DNA of 36,328 nucleotides from Candidatus Geohabitans tengchongensis (GTDB lineage Bacteria > Sysuimicrobiota > Sysuimicrobiia > Sysuimicrobiales > Humicultoraceae): NCBI GenBank assembly GCA_031459625.1, contig JAVKIH010000001.1, positions 242,173 to 278,500 on the forward strand. Direction: 5' to 3'. Within the stretch, counting starts at the first letter, position 1, and each line of letters begins with the position of its first letter. A program made the translations under genes and the position numbers. The notes below the pieces were generated by a model, which saw only the letters and a program-made list of their open reading frames with translations, searched no databases and had not been told where the DNA came from. Positions 17,786 through 26,151 of this stretch are shown here, one piece after another.

Positions 17786-18268
17786 TCAGTCATACCGGGT
17801 GAAGTGCACGCGGGCGCCAACGGCGATCCCCTTCCGGCGGAAGAGCCCCTGCCGCACCTCCAGCGCGTACCGGGCGGGGGCGCGCGGCTGGTAGACGGGG
17901 AAGGGCCCGTGCTCCGGGTCGGACGCCGGCGCCATGTCCAGGATGTCCACCACACGCCAGGTCCGGTCGATGAAGGCGATGGAGAGGGGGATGAGGGTGT
18001 TCTTCATCCAGAACGCCCAGCGGGCGTCCTCCTCGAAGATGAAGAGCATGCCCCGGTCGTCCGCCAGCGTGCGCCGGAACATCAGCCCGCGCGCCCGGGC
18101 CTCCGGGGTCTCCGCCACCTCCACGCGCAGCACCAGCCGGCGGTCGCCCTGCTCCAGGACGACCCGTCCGCGACCGAAGAGGCGCCCGTCGGCTGCGGGC
18201 TCCGGCGTGGCCCGGTCGGGCACGCCGACGAGCAGGAGGAGCAGGACCAGGGGGATGAGTGCACGCAT
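17786..18268 (-). CDS. DUF192 family exported protein
   Basis: ATG 18268 after GGAGG; signal peptide; EVA.TP..R.RGLMFR, GMLF.F, FWMKNT.IPLSIAFI, YALEV. Confidence 0.9.
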   Translation of the reverse strand: MRALIPLVLLLLLVGVPDRATPEPAADGRLFGRGRVVLEQGDRRLVLRVEVAETPEARARGLMFRRTLADDRGMLFIFEEDARWAFWMKNTLIPLSIAFIDRTWRVVDILDMAPASDPEHGPFPVYQPRAPARYALEVRQGLFRRKGIAVGARVHFTRYD

Positions 18269-18302
18269 GGGGACGAATCCTCCGATCCGCTGTTCGCCTA
18301 TC

Positions 18303-18331
18303 ACGGTAACAGGGGGGCCGGGGCCTTTCCA
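18303..18331 (-). promoter_or_regulatory. Putative promoter for the DUF192-kinase-ANTAR operon
   Basis: TGGAAA-17 bp-TACCGT with extended TG. Confidence 0.45.
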
Positions 18332-18546
18332 CCGTCCGACCCCTGCGGGGCGGTGGCCTGCCGGTTCCAGAGATGCCCAGGCCCGTCCCCGTCCTAGTCA
18401 AGCCGCAAGCCGGGGGCCGGCGCCGCCAGGCTGCCCGTGCACGCCGACGACCGCGTCGTGGGGACCACGCCGGCCGTCATCGCGACCGCGCGGGGCGCCC
18501 TGCGGGTGCTGGCCTCCGGCCCGGCCCAGGGACTACACTGAGCCCC

Positions 18547-19881
18547 GTGAACGCCGGGCGCTGGGAGGTCGTCGTCGTGGGGGCCGGGCCGGCCGGCGGC
18601 AGCGCCGCGCTGGCCGCCGCCCGGTTGGGGCTACGGACGGTGCTGCTCGAGGAGCACCCGACGGTCGGGGCGCCCGCTCACTGCACCGGGAAGCTCTCCG
18701 TGCACGGCTTCGCCGAGTTCGGCGTCCCGCGCGCGTTGATCCGCAGCGCGCTGCGGGCCGCGGCCCTCTACGGGCCCGACGGCACCGTCGCCCGCGTGCG
18801 GCGCGACGCCGTGGACTCCTACGTGGTGGACCGGGACGCCTTCGACCGCTGGCTGGCCGCGGCGGCCGCCGAGGCGGGGGCGGAGGTGGTCACCGGCGTC
18901 CGGATGGGGCGGCTGGCCCGGCGCGACGGCCGGGTCATCGTGGAGGGCGAGCGCCGCGGGCAGACCTTCCGGGCCGAGGCGGGCGTGGTGGTAGATGCCG
19001 AGGGCGCCCGCGCCCTCCTGCCCGCCACGCTGGGGGTGCGCCCGCGCCGCGTCCTCGTCCACGGCCTGCAGTACGAGATGGAGGGCCTCCACCTGGACGC
19101 GGAGGACATGCCGGAGCTGTACTTCGGCCGCCAGTGGGCGCCCGGGTTCTTCGCCTGGATCATGCCGCTGGGCGGCCGGGCCGGCCGTGTCGGCGTGTGC
19201 GTCGACCCGCGCCTGACCCGCCGCCCGCCGCGCGACTACCTGGAGCGCCTCCTGCGGGACCACCCCGTCGTGGCCCGCCGGGCCTCGGGGGCGCGTGTCG
19301 TGCGCAAGCTGGCCGGCCGGATCCCCATCCTGGGAGGCCGGCGGCCCTCCTTCGCGCCGGGCCTCCTCGTCGTCGGGGACGCGGCGGGACACGTGAAGGC
19401 CACCTCGGGGGGCGGCATCTACTTCTCCCTGGTGGCCGGACGCCTGGCGGCCGAAGCTGCGGCGCGGGCACTGGGCGGCGACGCCGCGGCCTACCGGGCC
19501 TACGAGCGGGCCTGGCTGCGCCGCTTCGGCCGCGAGGTGCGCTTCACGGTGGGCGTGCGCCGCATGCTGAATGCCCTCCCTGACGCCGACCTGGCCCGGC
19601 TGATCGCGGCCATCGCCCGCAACCCGCTGCTGCAGCGGGCCATCGAGGAACACGGGGACACCCAGTACCAGTCCCGGCTGCTCCGCCCCGTGGCGGCGCA
19701 GGTCCTGCGCTCGTGGCGCGACCTGCCGCTCGCCGCCCGGGTGGTGCGTGCGCTGATCCGGGGTCTGCTGGAGGGAGACCGCGACGCGGGCCCGGACCCG
19801 GTCGGGCCGGAGCGGGAGGTCGGTGTGCCGCCGGAGGCTGGCAGACGAGCGCCTGCGGGGTCCCCGGAGGGCGGAGCGTAG
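18547..19881 (+). CDS. Geranylgeranyl reductase family FAD-dependent oxidoreductase
   Basis: VVVGAGPAG FAD motif, HCTG, DR..FD..L, F.WI.P, VGDAAG.VK.TSGGGI. GTG 18547 lies 7 nt after TACACT (18534-18539) with no SD. Confidence 0.85.
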   Translation: MNAGRWEVVVVGAGPAGGSAALAAARLGLRTVLLEEHPTVGAPAHCTGKLSVHGFAEFGVPRALIRSALRAAALYGPDGTVARVRRDAVDSYVVDRDAFDRWLAAAAAEAGAEVVTGVRMGRLARRDGRVIVEGERRGQTFRAEAGVVVDAEGARALLPATLGVRPRRVLVHGLQYEMEGLHLDAEDMPELYFGRQWAPGFFAWIMPLGGRAGRVGVCVDPRLTRRPPRDYLERLLRDHPVVARRASGARVVRKLAGRIPILGGRRPSFAPGLLVVGDAAGHVKATSGGGIYFSLVAGRLAAEAAARALGGDAAAYRAYERAWLRRFGREVRFTVGVRRMLNALPDADLARLIAAIARNPLLQRAIEEHGDTQYQSRLLRPVAAQVLRSWRDLPLAARVVRALIRGLLEGDRDAGPDPVGPEREVGVPPEAGRRAPAGSPEGGA

Positions 19882-19980
19882 GGACGCGCGGGCGAAGGCT
19901 CCGCGTGTTCGGATGCGTCCGTCCTGGGATCTGAAGCCGGACTACTAGGGAAATCCTCCCCGCCCGTCTAACACCTCCCT

Positions 19981-21246
19981 ATGCGGGTCATCGCCGATCT
20001 CCACCTCCACTCCAAGTACAGCCGCGCCACCAGTCGGGACATGGACATCGAGCACCTGGCCCGCTGGGGTCAGCTCAAGGGCCTCACCCTGCTCGGCACT
20101 GGGGACTTCACCCACCCAGTGTGGTTCCGGGAACTGCGCGCCCGGCTCACGCCCACCGGGCGGGGGCTCTTCACCGCCGGGGGGATGCACTTCGTCCTCT
20201 CGGTCGAGGTGGCGAACATCTACCCCCAGGGCGGGCGGCTGCGGAAGATCCACAACATCCTCCTCGCCCCCTCCTTCGAGACCGCCGAGCGGATCAACGC
20301 GGTGCTCGGACGCTTCGGCTCCCTCATCGCCGACGGGCGGCCCTCCCTCTCCCTGCCCTCGGACAAGCTGGTGGAGTACGTCATGGAGCTCGACCCCCAG
20401 TGCCTGGTCATCCCGGCCCACGTCTGGACCCCCTGGTTCTCGCTCTACGGGTCGAACTCGGGCTTTGACAGCCTGGAGGAGTGCTTCAAGGACCAGACCT
20501 GCCACATCGCCGCCGTGGAGACCGGGCTCAGCAGCGATCCGCCGATGAACTGGCGCCTCTCGGAGCTCGACCGGGTGGCGCTGGTCAGCAACTCCGACGC
20601 CCACTCCCCGGCCAAGCTGGGACGGGAGGCCAACGTCTTCGAGATGGCCGAGCTGGACTACGGGGAGCTCGTGCGCATCCTGCGCCAGCGGGACACGCGG
20701 GGCTTCCTGTACACCATCGAGTTCTTCCCCGAGGAGGGGAAGTACCACTACGACGGCCACCGCAACTGCGGGCTGCGGCTCACCCCGAAGGAGACGCGGG
20801 CCCTCGGCGGAGTCTGTCCCACCTGCCGCCGGCCGCTCACCGTGGGGGTGATGCACCGCGTCGAACTGCTGGCCGACCGGGAGGAGGGCTTCGTCCCGGA
20901 GGGGGCCGTCCCGTACCGCAACCTGATCCCGCTGGAGGAGGTCATCGCCGAGGCCAGGGGCGCCCAGGTGGGGACCGGCGCTGTGCGCGAGGAGTACCTG
21001 ACGCTGTGCCGGGAGTTCGGCGGGGAGTTCCGCGTGCTGCTGGACGTGCCGCTCGAGGAGGTGGCGCGCCACGCCTCCCCGCGCGTGGTGGAAGGGCTGC
21101 GCCGGATGCGGGAAGGGTGCGTGGTGATCAAGCCCGGCTACGACGGGGTCTTCGGGGAGATCCACCTCTTCGAGGAGGCGGAGGAGGTGCGGGCCGAGCT
21201 GCTCCCGGACCGGGAGGAGGCGGCCGCCCAGATCAGCCTCTTCTGA
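19981..21246 (+). CDS. Endonuclease Q family (PHP domain + Zn ribbon)
   Basis: DLHLHSKYSRATS, GTGDFTHP, PAH.WTPW, ETGLSSD, SNSDAHS, GKYHYDGHR.C...CP.C, GV..RV..LAD, PGYDG.FG. Confidence 0.88.
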   Translation: MRVIADLHLHSKYSRATSRDMDIEHLARWGQLKGLTLLGTGDFTHPVWFRELRARLTPTGRGLFTAGGMHFVLSVEVANIYPQGGRLRKIHNILLAPSFETAERINAVLGRFGSLIADGRPSLSLPSDKLVEYVMELDPQCLVIPAHVWTPWFSLYGSNSGFDSLEECFKDQTCHIAAVETGLSSDPPMNWRLSELDRVALVSNSDAHSPAKLGREANVFEMAELDYGELVRILRQRDTRGFLYTIEFFPEEGKYHYDGHRNCGLRLTPKETRALGGVCPTCRRPLTVGVMHRVELLADREEGFVPEGAVPYRNLIPLEEVIAEARGAQVGTGAVREEYLTLCREFGGEFRVLLDVPLEEVARHASPRVVEGLRRMREGCVVIKPGYDGVFGEIHLFEEAEEVRAELLPDREEAAAQISLF

Positions 21247-21258
21247 GCGCTCCGTGGC

Positions 21259-22455
21259 GTGGCCACCGTCACCCTCAAACCGGGCAGGGACGCCCGCCTG
21301 CTGGGCGGCCACCTGTGGGTCTACGCGGGCGAGGTGGCCCGGGTGGAGGGGTCCTACGAGCCCGGCGACGCGGTGGACGTGCGCGCCGCCGACGGCACCT
21401 TCCTCGGGCGCGGCTACCTGAACCCGCGCTCCACCATCGCCGTGCGCCTGCTGACCCGGCGGCGGGAGGCCGTCGACGCAGCCTTTTTCCGCCGGCGCCT
21501 GGAGGCGGCACTGGCGCTGCGCGCGGGCGGGATCCTGCAGGCGGGGCCGGCACCGGCCAGCGACGCCTACCGGCTGGTCTACAGCGAGGGCGACTACCTC
21601 CCCGGGCTGGTCGTCGACCGGTACGGCGACGTGCTGGTGGTCCAGGTGCTCACCCTGGGGATGGCCCGCCAGCAGGCGTTGCTCGTCGACCTGCTGCGTG
21701 AGCTCACCGGGGTGCGGGCCATCTACGCCCGGAACGACGCACCGGTGCGGGCGCGGGAGGGGTTGCCGCGCGAGCAGGGGTGGCTCTGGGGTGAGGGCCC
21801 CGAGGTGGCGGAGATTCACGAAGGGCCGGTGCGCTTCCGGGTGGCCCTCACTGGGCAGAAGACCGGGTTTTTCCTGGACCAGCGGGAGAACCGGGCGGTG
21901 GCCGCCGCCTACCTCTCCACGCTCGGGCCGGCCCCGGAGGCGCTCGACGCCTTCTGCTACACGGGGGCCTTCAGCATGCACCTGGCCCGCGCCGGGGCGC
22001 GGGTGCTCGGGATCGACATCGACCCCGACGCCGTCGCCGCCGCCGCCGCGCACGCACGCCTGAACGGCGTGGCGGACCGCTGCGCCTTCGAAGCCGTCAA
22101 CGCCTTCGACCGCCTGCGCGCCCTGGTGCGGGAGGGGCGGCGTTTCGACCTGGTCGTCCTCGACCCCCCGGCCTTTGCCCGCACGCGCGCCGCCCTGCCC
22201 CGCGCGGCGGCCGGCTACAAGGAGATCAACCTGCGGGCGCTGCGCCTGCTGCGGCCCGGCGGGATCCTGGTGACCTGTTCCTGCTCGGCGGCGGTGAGCG
22301 AAGCCCACCTGCTGGCCCTTGTCGCCGAGGCGGCCTACGACGCCCGCCGCGAGGTGCGCCTGCTGGAGTCGCGCACCCAGGCGCGCGACCATCCGGTCCA
22401 CCCGGGGATGCCCGAGACGCGGTACCTGAAGTGCCTGATCCTGCGCGCCTCCTGA
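21259..22455 (+). CDS. rlmI: RlmI-like PUA + class I SAM-dependent rRNA m5C methyltransferase
   Basis: GHLWVY, SEGD.LPGL.VDRY, GQKTGFFLDQRENR, F.YTG.F, LDPPAF, TCSCS, DHP...PET.YLK. Confidence 0.85.
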   Translation: MATVTLKPGRDARLLGGHLWVYAGEVARVEGSYEPGDAVDVRAADGTFLGRGYLNPRSTIAVRLLTRRREAVDAAFFRRRLEAALALRAGGILQAGPAPASDAYRLVYSEGDYLPGLVVDRYGDVLVVQVLTLGMARQQALLVDLLRELTGVRAIYARNDAPVRAREGLPREQGWLWGEGPEVAEIHEGPVRFRVALTGQKTGFFLDQRENRAVAAAYLSTLGPAPEALDAFCYTGAFSMHLARAGARVLGIDIDPDAVAAAAAHARLNGVADRCAFEAVNAFDRLRALVREGRRFDLVVLDPPAFARTRAALPRAAAGYKEINLRALRLLRPGGILVTCSCSAAVSEAHLLALVAEAAYDARREVRLLESRTQARDHPVHPGMPETRYLKCLILRAS

Positions 22456-23330
22456 CCGGCGCGCACGGCGGAGATCCTGCGGGGGCGGCGGGTGGGGGTG
22501 CGGTCGCCTCCGGGGACCCCGGACGCGCCGGAGCCGGCGTAGGGGAGGCGCCGCTCGCCTTCGACCACGCCGTGGTCCTCGTCCCCGACCTGGAGGCGGC
22601 GGTGCGGGAGTGTACCGGGCTGGGCTTCGTGGTCGTGCCGGGCGGCGTCCACGAGGGCGGGGCCACCCACAACGCGCTGATCCCGCTGGCCGACGGGACC
22701 TACCTGGAGCTCCTGGCTCCCACCCCCGGGCGGACCATCGAGGTCGCCGGGCCGGGTGCGGCCGGGCATCTCCCGGCCACCTTCGGCGATCGGCTGCGGC
22801 GCGTGGCCGGCCGCTGGGGGTTCGTGGACTTCGCCCTCCTCTGTGCCGACCTGGACTGGACCCTGGCGACGCTCCGCCGGCGCGGTCTGGCCTACGCCGG
22901 TCCGGTCGCGGGCCGTCGGCGCCGGCCCGACGGCGTGCAGGTGGCCTGGCGTGCCGCCTTCCCCGCCGACCGGGTCCTCCCCTTCCTCATCGAGGACCGG
23001 ACCCCGCGGGCGCTGCGGGTGCCGCCTGCTCCTGCGCACCCCAATGGCGCCTCCGGCGTGGAGGAGGTGGAGGTGGCTGCCCGGGACCTGGACGCCGCCA
23101 GGCGGGCCTGGAGCGCCCTGCTGGGGCTCCCCGCCGCCCCGGCCGCCGCGGGCCGGGAGGGGAGCCCGGGAGGCCGTGCCGCAGAGAGCCCGGGTGTGAG
23201 CGTGGCTGTAGGACCCACGAGGATCGTGCTCTTGCCCGCCGGCGCAGATGCTCCGGCGGGGATGGACGGGCCGCAGACCCTCCGGCTGCGCGGGGGCCCG
23301 TGCTTGTCCCCCTCGGGCTGGGGCATATAA
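22431..23330 (+). CDS. VOC / Glyoxalase_3 family protein (start uncertain: GTG 22431 or CTG 22452)
   Basis: FDH.V..V.DL, GG.H..G.THNALI...DGTYLELL, G.R.RPDG..V.W, LPFLI.D.TPR..RV, HPNGA.G. Confidence 0.85.
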   Translation: MPDPARLLTGAHGGDPAGAAGGGAVASGDPGRAGAGVGEAPLAFDHAVVLVPDLEAAVRECTGLGFVVVPGGVHEGGATHNALIPLADGTYLELLAPTPGRTIEVAGPGAAGHLPATFGDRLRRVAGRWGFVDFALLCADLDWTLATLRRRGLAYAGPVAGRRRRPDGVQVAWRAAFPADRVLPFLIEDRTPRALRVPPAPAHPNGASGVEEVEVAARDLDAARRAWSALLGLPAAPAAAGREGSPGGRAAESPGVSVAVGPTRIVLLPAGADAPAGMDGPQTLRLRGGPCLSPSGWGI

Positions 23331-23331
23331 T
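23304..23331 (+). promoter_or_regulatory. sigma70 promoter overlapping the VOC stop codon
   Basis: TTGTCC-16 bp-TATAAT; the VOC TAA lies inside TATAAT. Confidence 0.65.
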
Positions 23332-23337
23332 AGTAGA

Positions 23338-23452
23338 GTGCACGGAGTCGTGAGGCCCTGTTGACATCGGGCTCAGATCACGCGTTCCAGGGCTCAGCGG
23401 ACGGTTGGGCCGGTTCCGGTGGGAGGGAACCTCGGGTTCCCTCCTTTGCTTT
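23338..23452 (+). ncRNA. Candidate structured small RNA or attenuator leader of unknown family
   Basis: Bounded by a promoter and an intrinsic terminator; closing stem 23341-23350/23411-23421 plus internal hairpins; no family recognised. Confidence 0.45.
23422..23452 (+). terminator. Rho-independent terminator
   Basis: GGAGGGAACC-TCG-GGTTCCCTCC 10-bp perfect stem followed by TTTGCTTT. Confidence 0.8.
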
Positions 23453-23510
23453 GCCGGCCCGGTGCGGTGCTGTGCCGGACCTGTCCAGAAGCAAGGAGTG
23501 ACCGCGAGCG

Positions 23511-25055
23511 GTGGTGCCGCGACAGATCCAGATCACCGATGACCTGGACCTCCTCCTGGGGGTCCTGCCACCCCCCATCCGCGCCGCGCTCGAGCGGTTG
23601 CAGCGGGCAGACCAGCTCCTCGAGGTGGTCCTCGACCTGGGGCGCCTCCCCGAGGCGCGCTTCCCGGGGGAGGTGGTCTACCTCGGGGGAAGTCACGTCA
23701 CCCGGGAGGACCTGAAGTACGTCACCAGCCGGGTGGGCGCCTTCGGCAAGGACAACCGCGCCGGCATCGAGCGCACGCTGCACCGCATCAGCGCCATCCG
23801 CAACCGGCAGGGCGAGGTGGTGGGCCTGACCTGCCGCGTGGGGCGGGCGGTCTTCGGCACGGTGGACATCGTGCGCGACGTCATCGAGTCGGGCAAGTCC
23901 ATCCTCCTGCTCGGCCGCCCCGGGGTGGGCAAGACGACGCTGCTGCGCGAGGCGGCGCGCGTGCTGGCGGACGAGCTGCGCAAGCGCGTCATCGTCGTGG
24001 ACACCTCCAACGAGATCGCCGGTGACGGGGACATCCCCCACCCGGGTATCGGCGGGGCGCGGCGCATGCAGGTGCCCGAGCCCGCCCTCCAGCACGCCGT
24101 GATGATCGAGGCGGTGGAGAACCACATGCCCGAGGTCATCGTCATCGACGAGATCGGCACGGAGGCGGAGGCGGCCGCGGCCCGCACCATCGCCGAGCGC
24201 GGCGTGCAGCTCATCGCCACGGCGCACGGCAACACCCTCGACAACCTGCTGCAGAACCCCACCCTGAGCGACCTCATCGGGGGCATCCAGGCCGTCACGC
24301 TCTCCGATGAGGAGGCGCGCCGGCGCGGCACCCAGAAGACGGTGCTGGAGCGCAAGGCGCCGCCCACCTTCGACGTCGTCATCGAGATTCAGGAGAAGGA
24401 CCGGCTGGCGGTGCACCACGACGTGGCCTCGGTGGTGGACCGCTTCCTGCGCGGCGTCCCGCCGCGTCCGGAGCTGCGCATCCGCACCACGGAGGGCGAG
24501 GTGGAGATCACCCAGGCGCCGCCGGCGGCCCGGCTGGAGGCGCTGCCGCAGGGGCGCTTCGCCGTGGCCCCGGTCGAGCCCGACGGCCGGCCGGGCCGCC
24601 GTCCCCTGCGCATCTACCCCTACGCGGTGAGCCGCAACCGCCTGGAGCGGGCCATCCGCGAGCTGCGCGTGCCGGCGCTGGTCACCGACGCGCTGGGCGA
24701 CGCCGACGTCCTCCTCACCATCCGCTCCCAGGAGAAGCGGCAGCCGAAGAAGCTCCTGGACGCCCAGGCCCGGGGCGTCCCCCTGCACGTCATCAAGAGC
24801 AACACCGTCGCCCAGATCCAGGCCTTCCTGCGGGAGCTCTTCGACGTCGACGAGCTGGACACGGAGGAGGCCTCGGCGCTGCGCGAGGTCGAGGAGGCCA
24901 TCGCGGAGGTCTTCGAGTCGGCGCAGCCGGTGGAGCTCAGCCCCCAGAACGCCTTCATCCGCCGCCTGCAGCACCAGCTGGTCCAGCGCTACGGGCTCGC
25001 CTCGGAGAGCCGCGGAGAGGAGCCGATGCGGCGCGTCGTCATCTACCCGCGCTGA
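23511..25055 (+). CDS. Ycf45/SpoIIIAA-like AAA ATPase with C-terminal R3H domain
   Basis: [69 protein letters not shown] (R3H). Confidence 0.9.
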   Translation: MVPRQIQITDDLDLLLGVLPPPIRAALERLQRADQLLEVVLDLGRLPEARFPGEVVYLGGSHVTREDLKYVTSRVGAFGKDNRAGIERTLHRISAIRNRQGEVVGLTCRVGRAVFGTVDIVRDVIESGKSILLLGRPGVGKTTLLREAARVLADELRKRVIVVDTSNEIAGDGDIPHPGIGGARRMQVPEPALQHAVMIEAVENHMPEVIVIDEIGTEAEAAAARTIAERGVQLIATAHGNTLDNLLQNPTLSDLIGGIQAVTLSDEEARRRGTQKTVLERKAPPTFDVVIEIQEKDRLAVHHDVASVVDRFLRGVPPRPELRIRTTEGEVEITQAPPAARLEALPQGRFAVAPVEPDGRPGRRPLRIYPYAVSRNRLERAIRELRVPALVTDALGDADVLLTIRSQEKRQPKKLLDAQARGVPLHVIKSNTVAQIQAFLRELFDVDELDTEEASALREVEEAIAEVFESAQPVELSPQNAFIRRLQHQLVQRYGLASESRGEEPMRRVVIYPR

Positions 25056-25056
25056 G

Positions 25057-25776
25057 GTGGCGGCGGACGACCGGCGTGGCGTCTTCATCACCCTGGAGGG
25101 CGTGGAGGGGGCGGGCAAGACCACGCAGGCGCGGCGGCTGGTGGCGGTGCTGGAAGCCCGCGGAGTCCCGGTCCTGTACTCCCGCGAGCCCGGGGGGACG
25201 GCCATCGGCGAGCGCATCCGGGAGATCCTCCTGGACGACCGGCACGGCGAGATGGCCGCCGAGACGGAGATGCTGCTCTTCGCCGCCTCCCGCGCCCAGT
25301 TCGTGCGGGAAGTGGTCCTCCCCGCGCTGGCCGCTGGCCGGGTGGTCGTCTCCGAGCGGTACGTCGAAGCCTCCCTCGCCTACCAGGGGTACGGCCGCGG
25401 GCTCGATGTCGGGGTGGTCCGCGCCGTGAACGCGGTGGCCACCGCCGGCTGCGTCCCCGACCTGACCCTCCTGCTCGACCTCCCGCCCGAGGTCGGATTG
25501 GCCCGCGCCCGCCACGCGCCGGGGAAGGCGGGCACCCCGGGACGCGGCGACCGCCTGGAGCAGGAGACGGAGGCGTTCCACCGGCGCGTGCGGGAAGGAT
25601 TCCTCGCGCTGGCGGCAGAATCGCCCCAGCACATCGTCGTCGTGGACGCGTCGCGCAGTGTTGACGAGGTGCACGCGGCGATCCTGGCGGCGGTGGACCG
25701 CCTGCTGGCCGCCCGGGACTGCCGTCCCCCGGAGCCCCGGCCGGAGCCCGGGTCGGCGGAGCGCCGTGGCGGCTGA
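25057..25776 (+). CDS. tmk: Thymidylate kinase
   Basis: FITLEG.EGAGKTTQ, REPGGT, LLFAASRAQ, S.AYQG.GRG, PDLT.LLD, DRLE. Confidence 0.95.
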   Translation: MAADDRRGVFITLEGVEGAGKTTQARRLVAVLEARGVPVLYSREPGGTAIGERIREILLDDRHGEMAAETEMLLFAASRAQFVREVVLPALAAGRVVVSERYVEASLAYQGYGRGLDVGVVRAVNAVATAGCVPDLTLLLDLPPEVGLARARHAPGKAGTPGRGDRLEQETEAFHRRVREGFLALAAESPQHIVVVDASRSVDEVHAAILAAVDRLLAARDCRPPEPRPEPGSAERRGG

Positions 25777-25798
25777 GTGCGCGCCGGAGGAGGGGGCC

Positions 25799-26128
25799 AT
25801 CAAACTCGTCCTGGCCGTGGTCCAGGAGCGCGACGCCGGCAAGCTGATGGACGGGCTGACGGCGGCCGAGTTCCAGGCGACGATGCTGGCCAGCACCGGC
25901 GGGTTCCTCCGCGAGGGCAACACGACGATCCTCATCGGGGTGGACGACCGGCAGGTGGACGAGGTGCTGGCCATCATCCGCAAGACCTGCCACCGCCGCG
26001 AGCAGCTGCTCACGCCCATCCCGCCGGTCGTCGAACCGGTGGACTCCTACGTGGCCTACCCCGTGAAGGTCGAGGTCGGGGGCGCCATCGTCTTCGTGCT
26101 GACCGTCGACCGCATGGAGCGCATCTAG
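25799..26128 (+). CDS. darA: c-di-AMP receptor DarA/PstA(Sa)/YaaQ (PII-like, DUF970); probable ATC start, alternative GTG 25766
   Basis: KLVLAVVQ..DA, T.LASTGGFLREGNTT.LIGV, V.VGGA.VFV; tmk-darA-holB synteny as in Firmicutes. Confidence 0.88.
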   Translation: MKLVLAVVQERDAGKLMDGLTAAEFQATMLASTGGFLREGNTTILIGVDDRQVDEVLAIIRKTCHRREQLLTPIPPVVEPVDSYVAYPVKVEVGGAIVFVLTVDRMERI

Positions 26129-26151
26129 CCTTACCGCCCTCGCCCCACCCC

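Noticed and set aside
23361..23366. TTGACA as an internal -35
   Set aside because: No -10-like hexamer 16-18 bp downstream.
23341..23421. tRNA-Val(GAC) gene or SRP RNA
   Set aside because: Arms are in the wrong order with no TTCRA T-loop or CCA end; no SRP CAGG-GNRA-AGCA motif.
19981..25055. EndoQ + methyltransferase + AAA ATPase as an anti-phage defence island
   Set aside because: Each matches a housekeeping family (EndoQ, RlmI, Ycf45-like); no mobility genes or compositional break seen.
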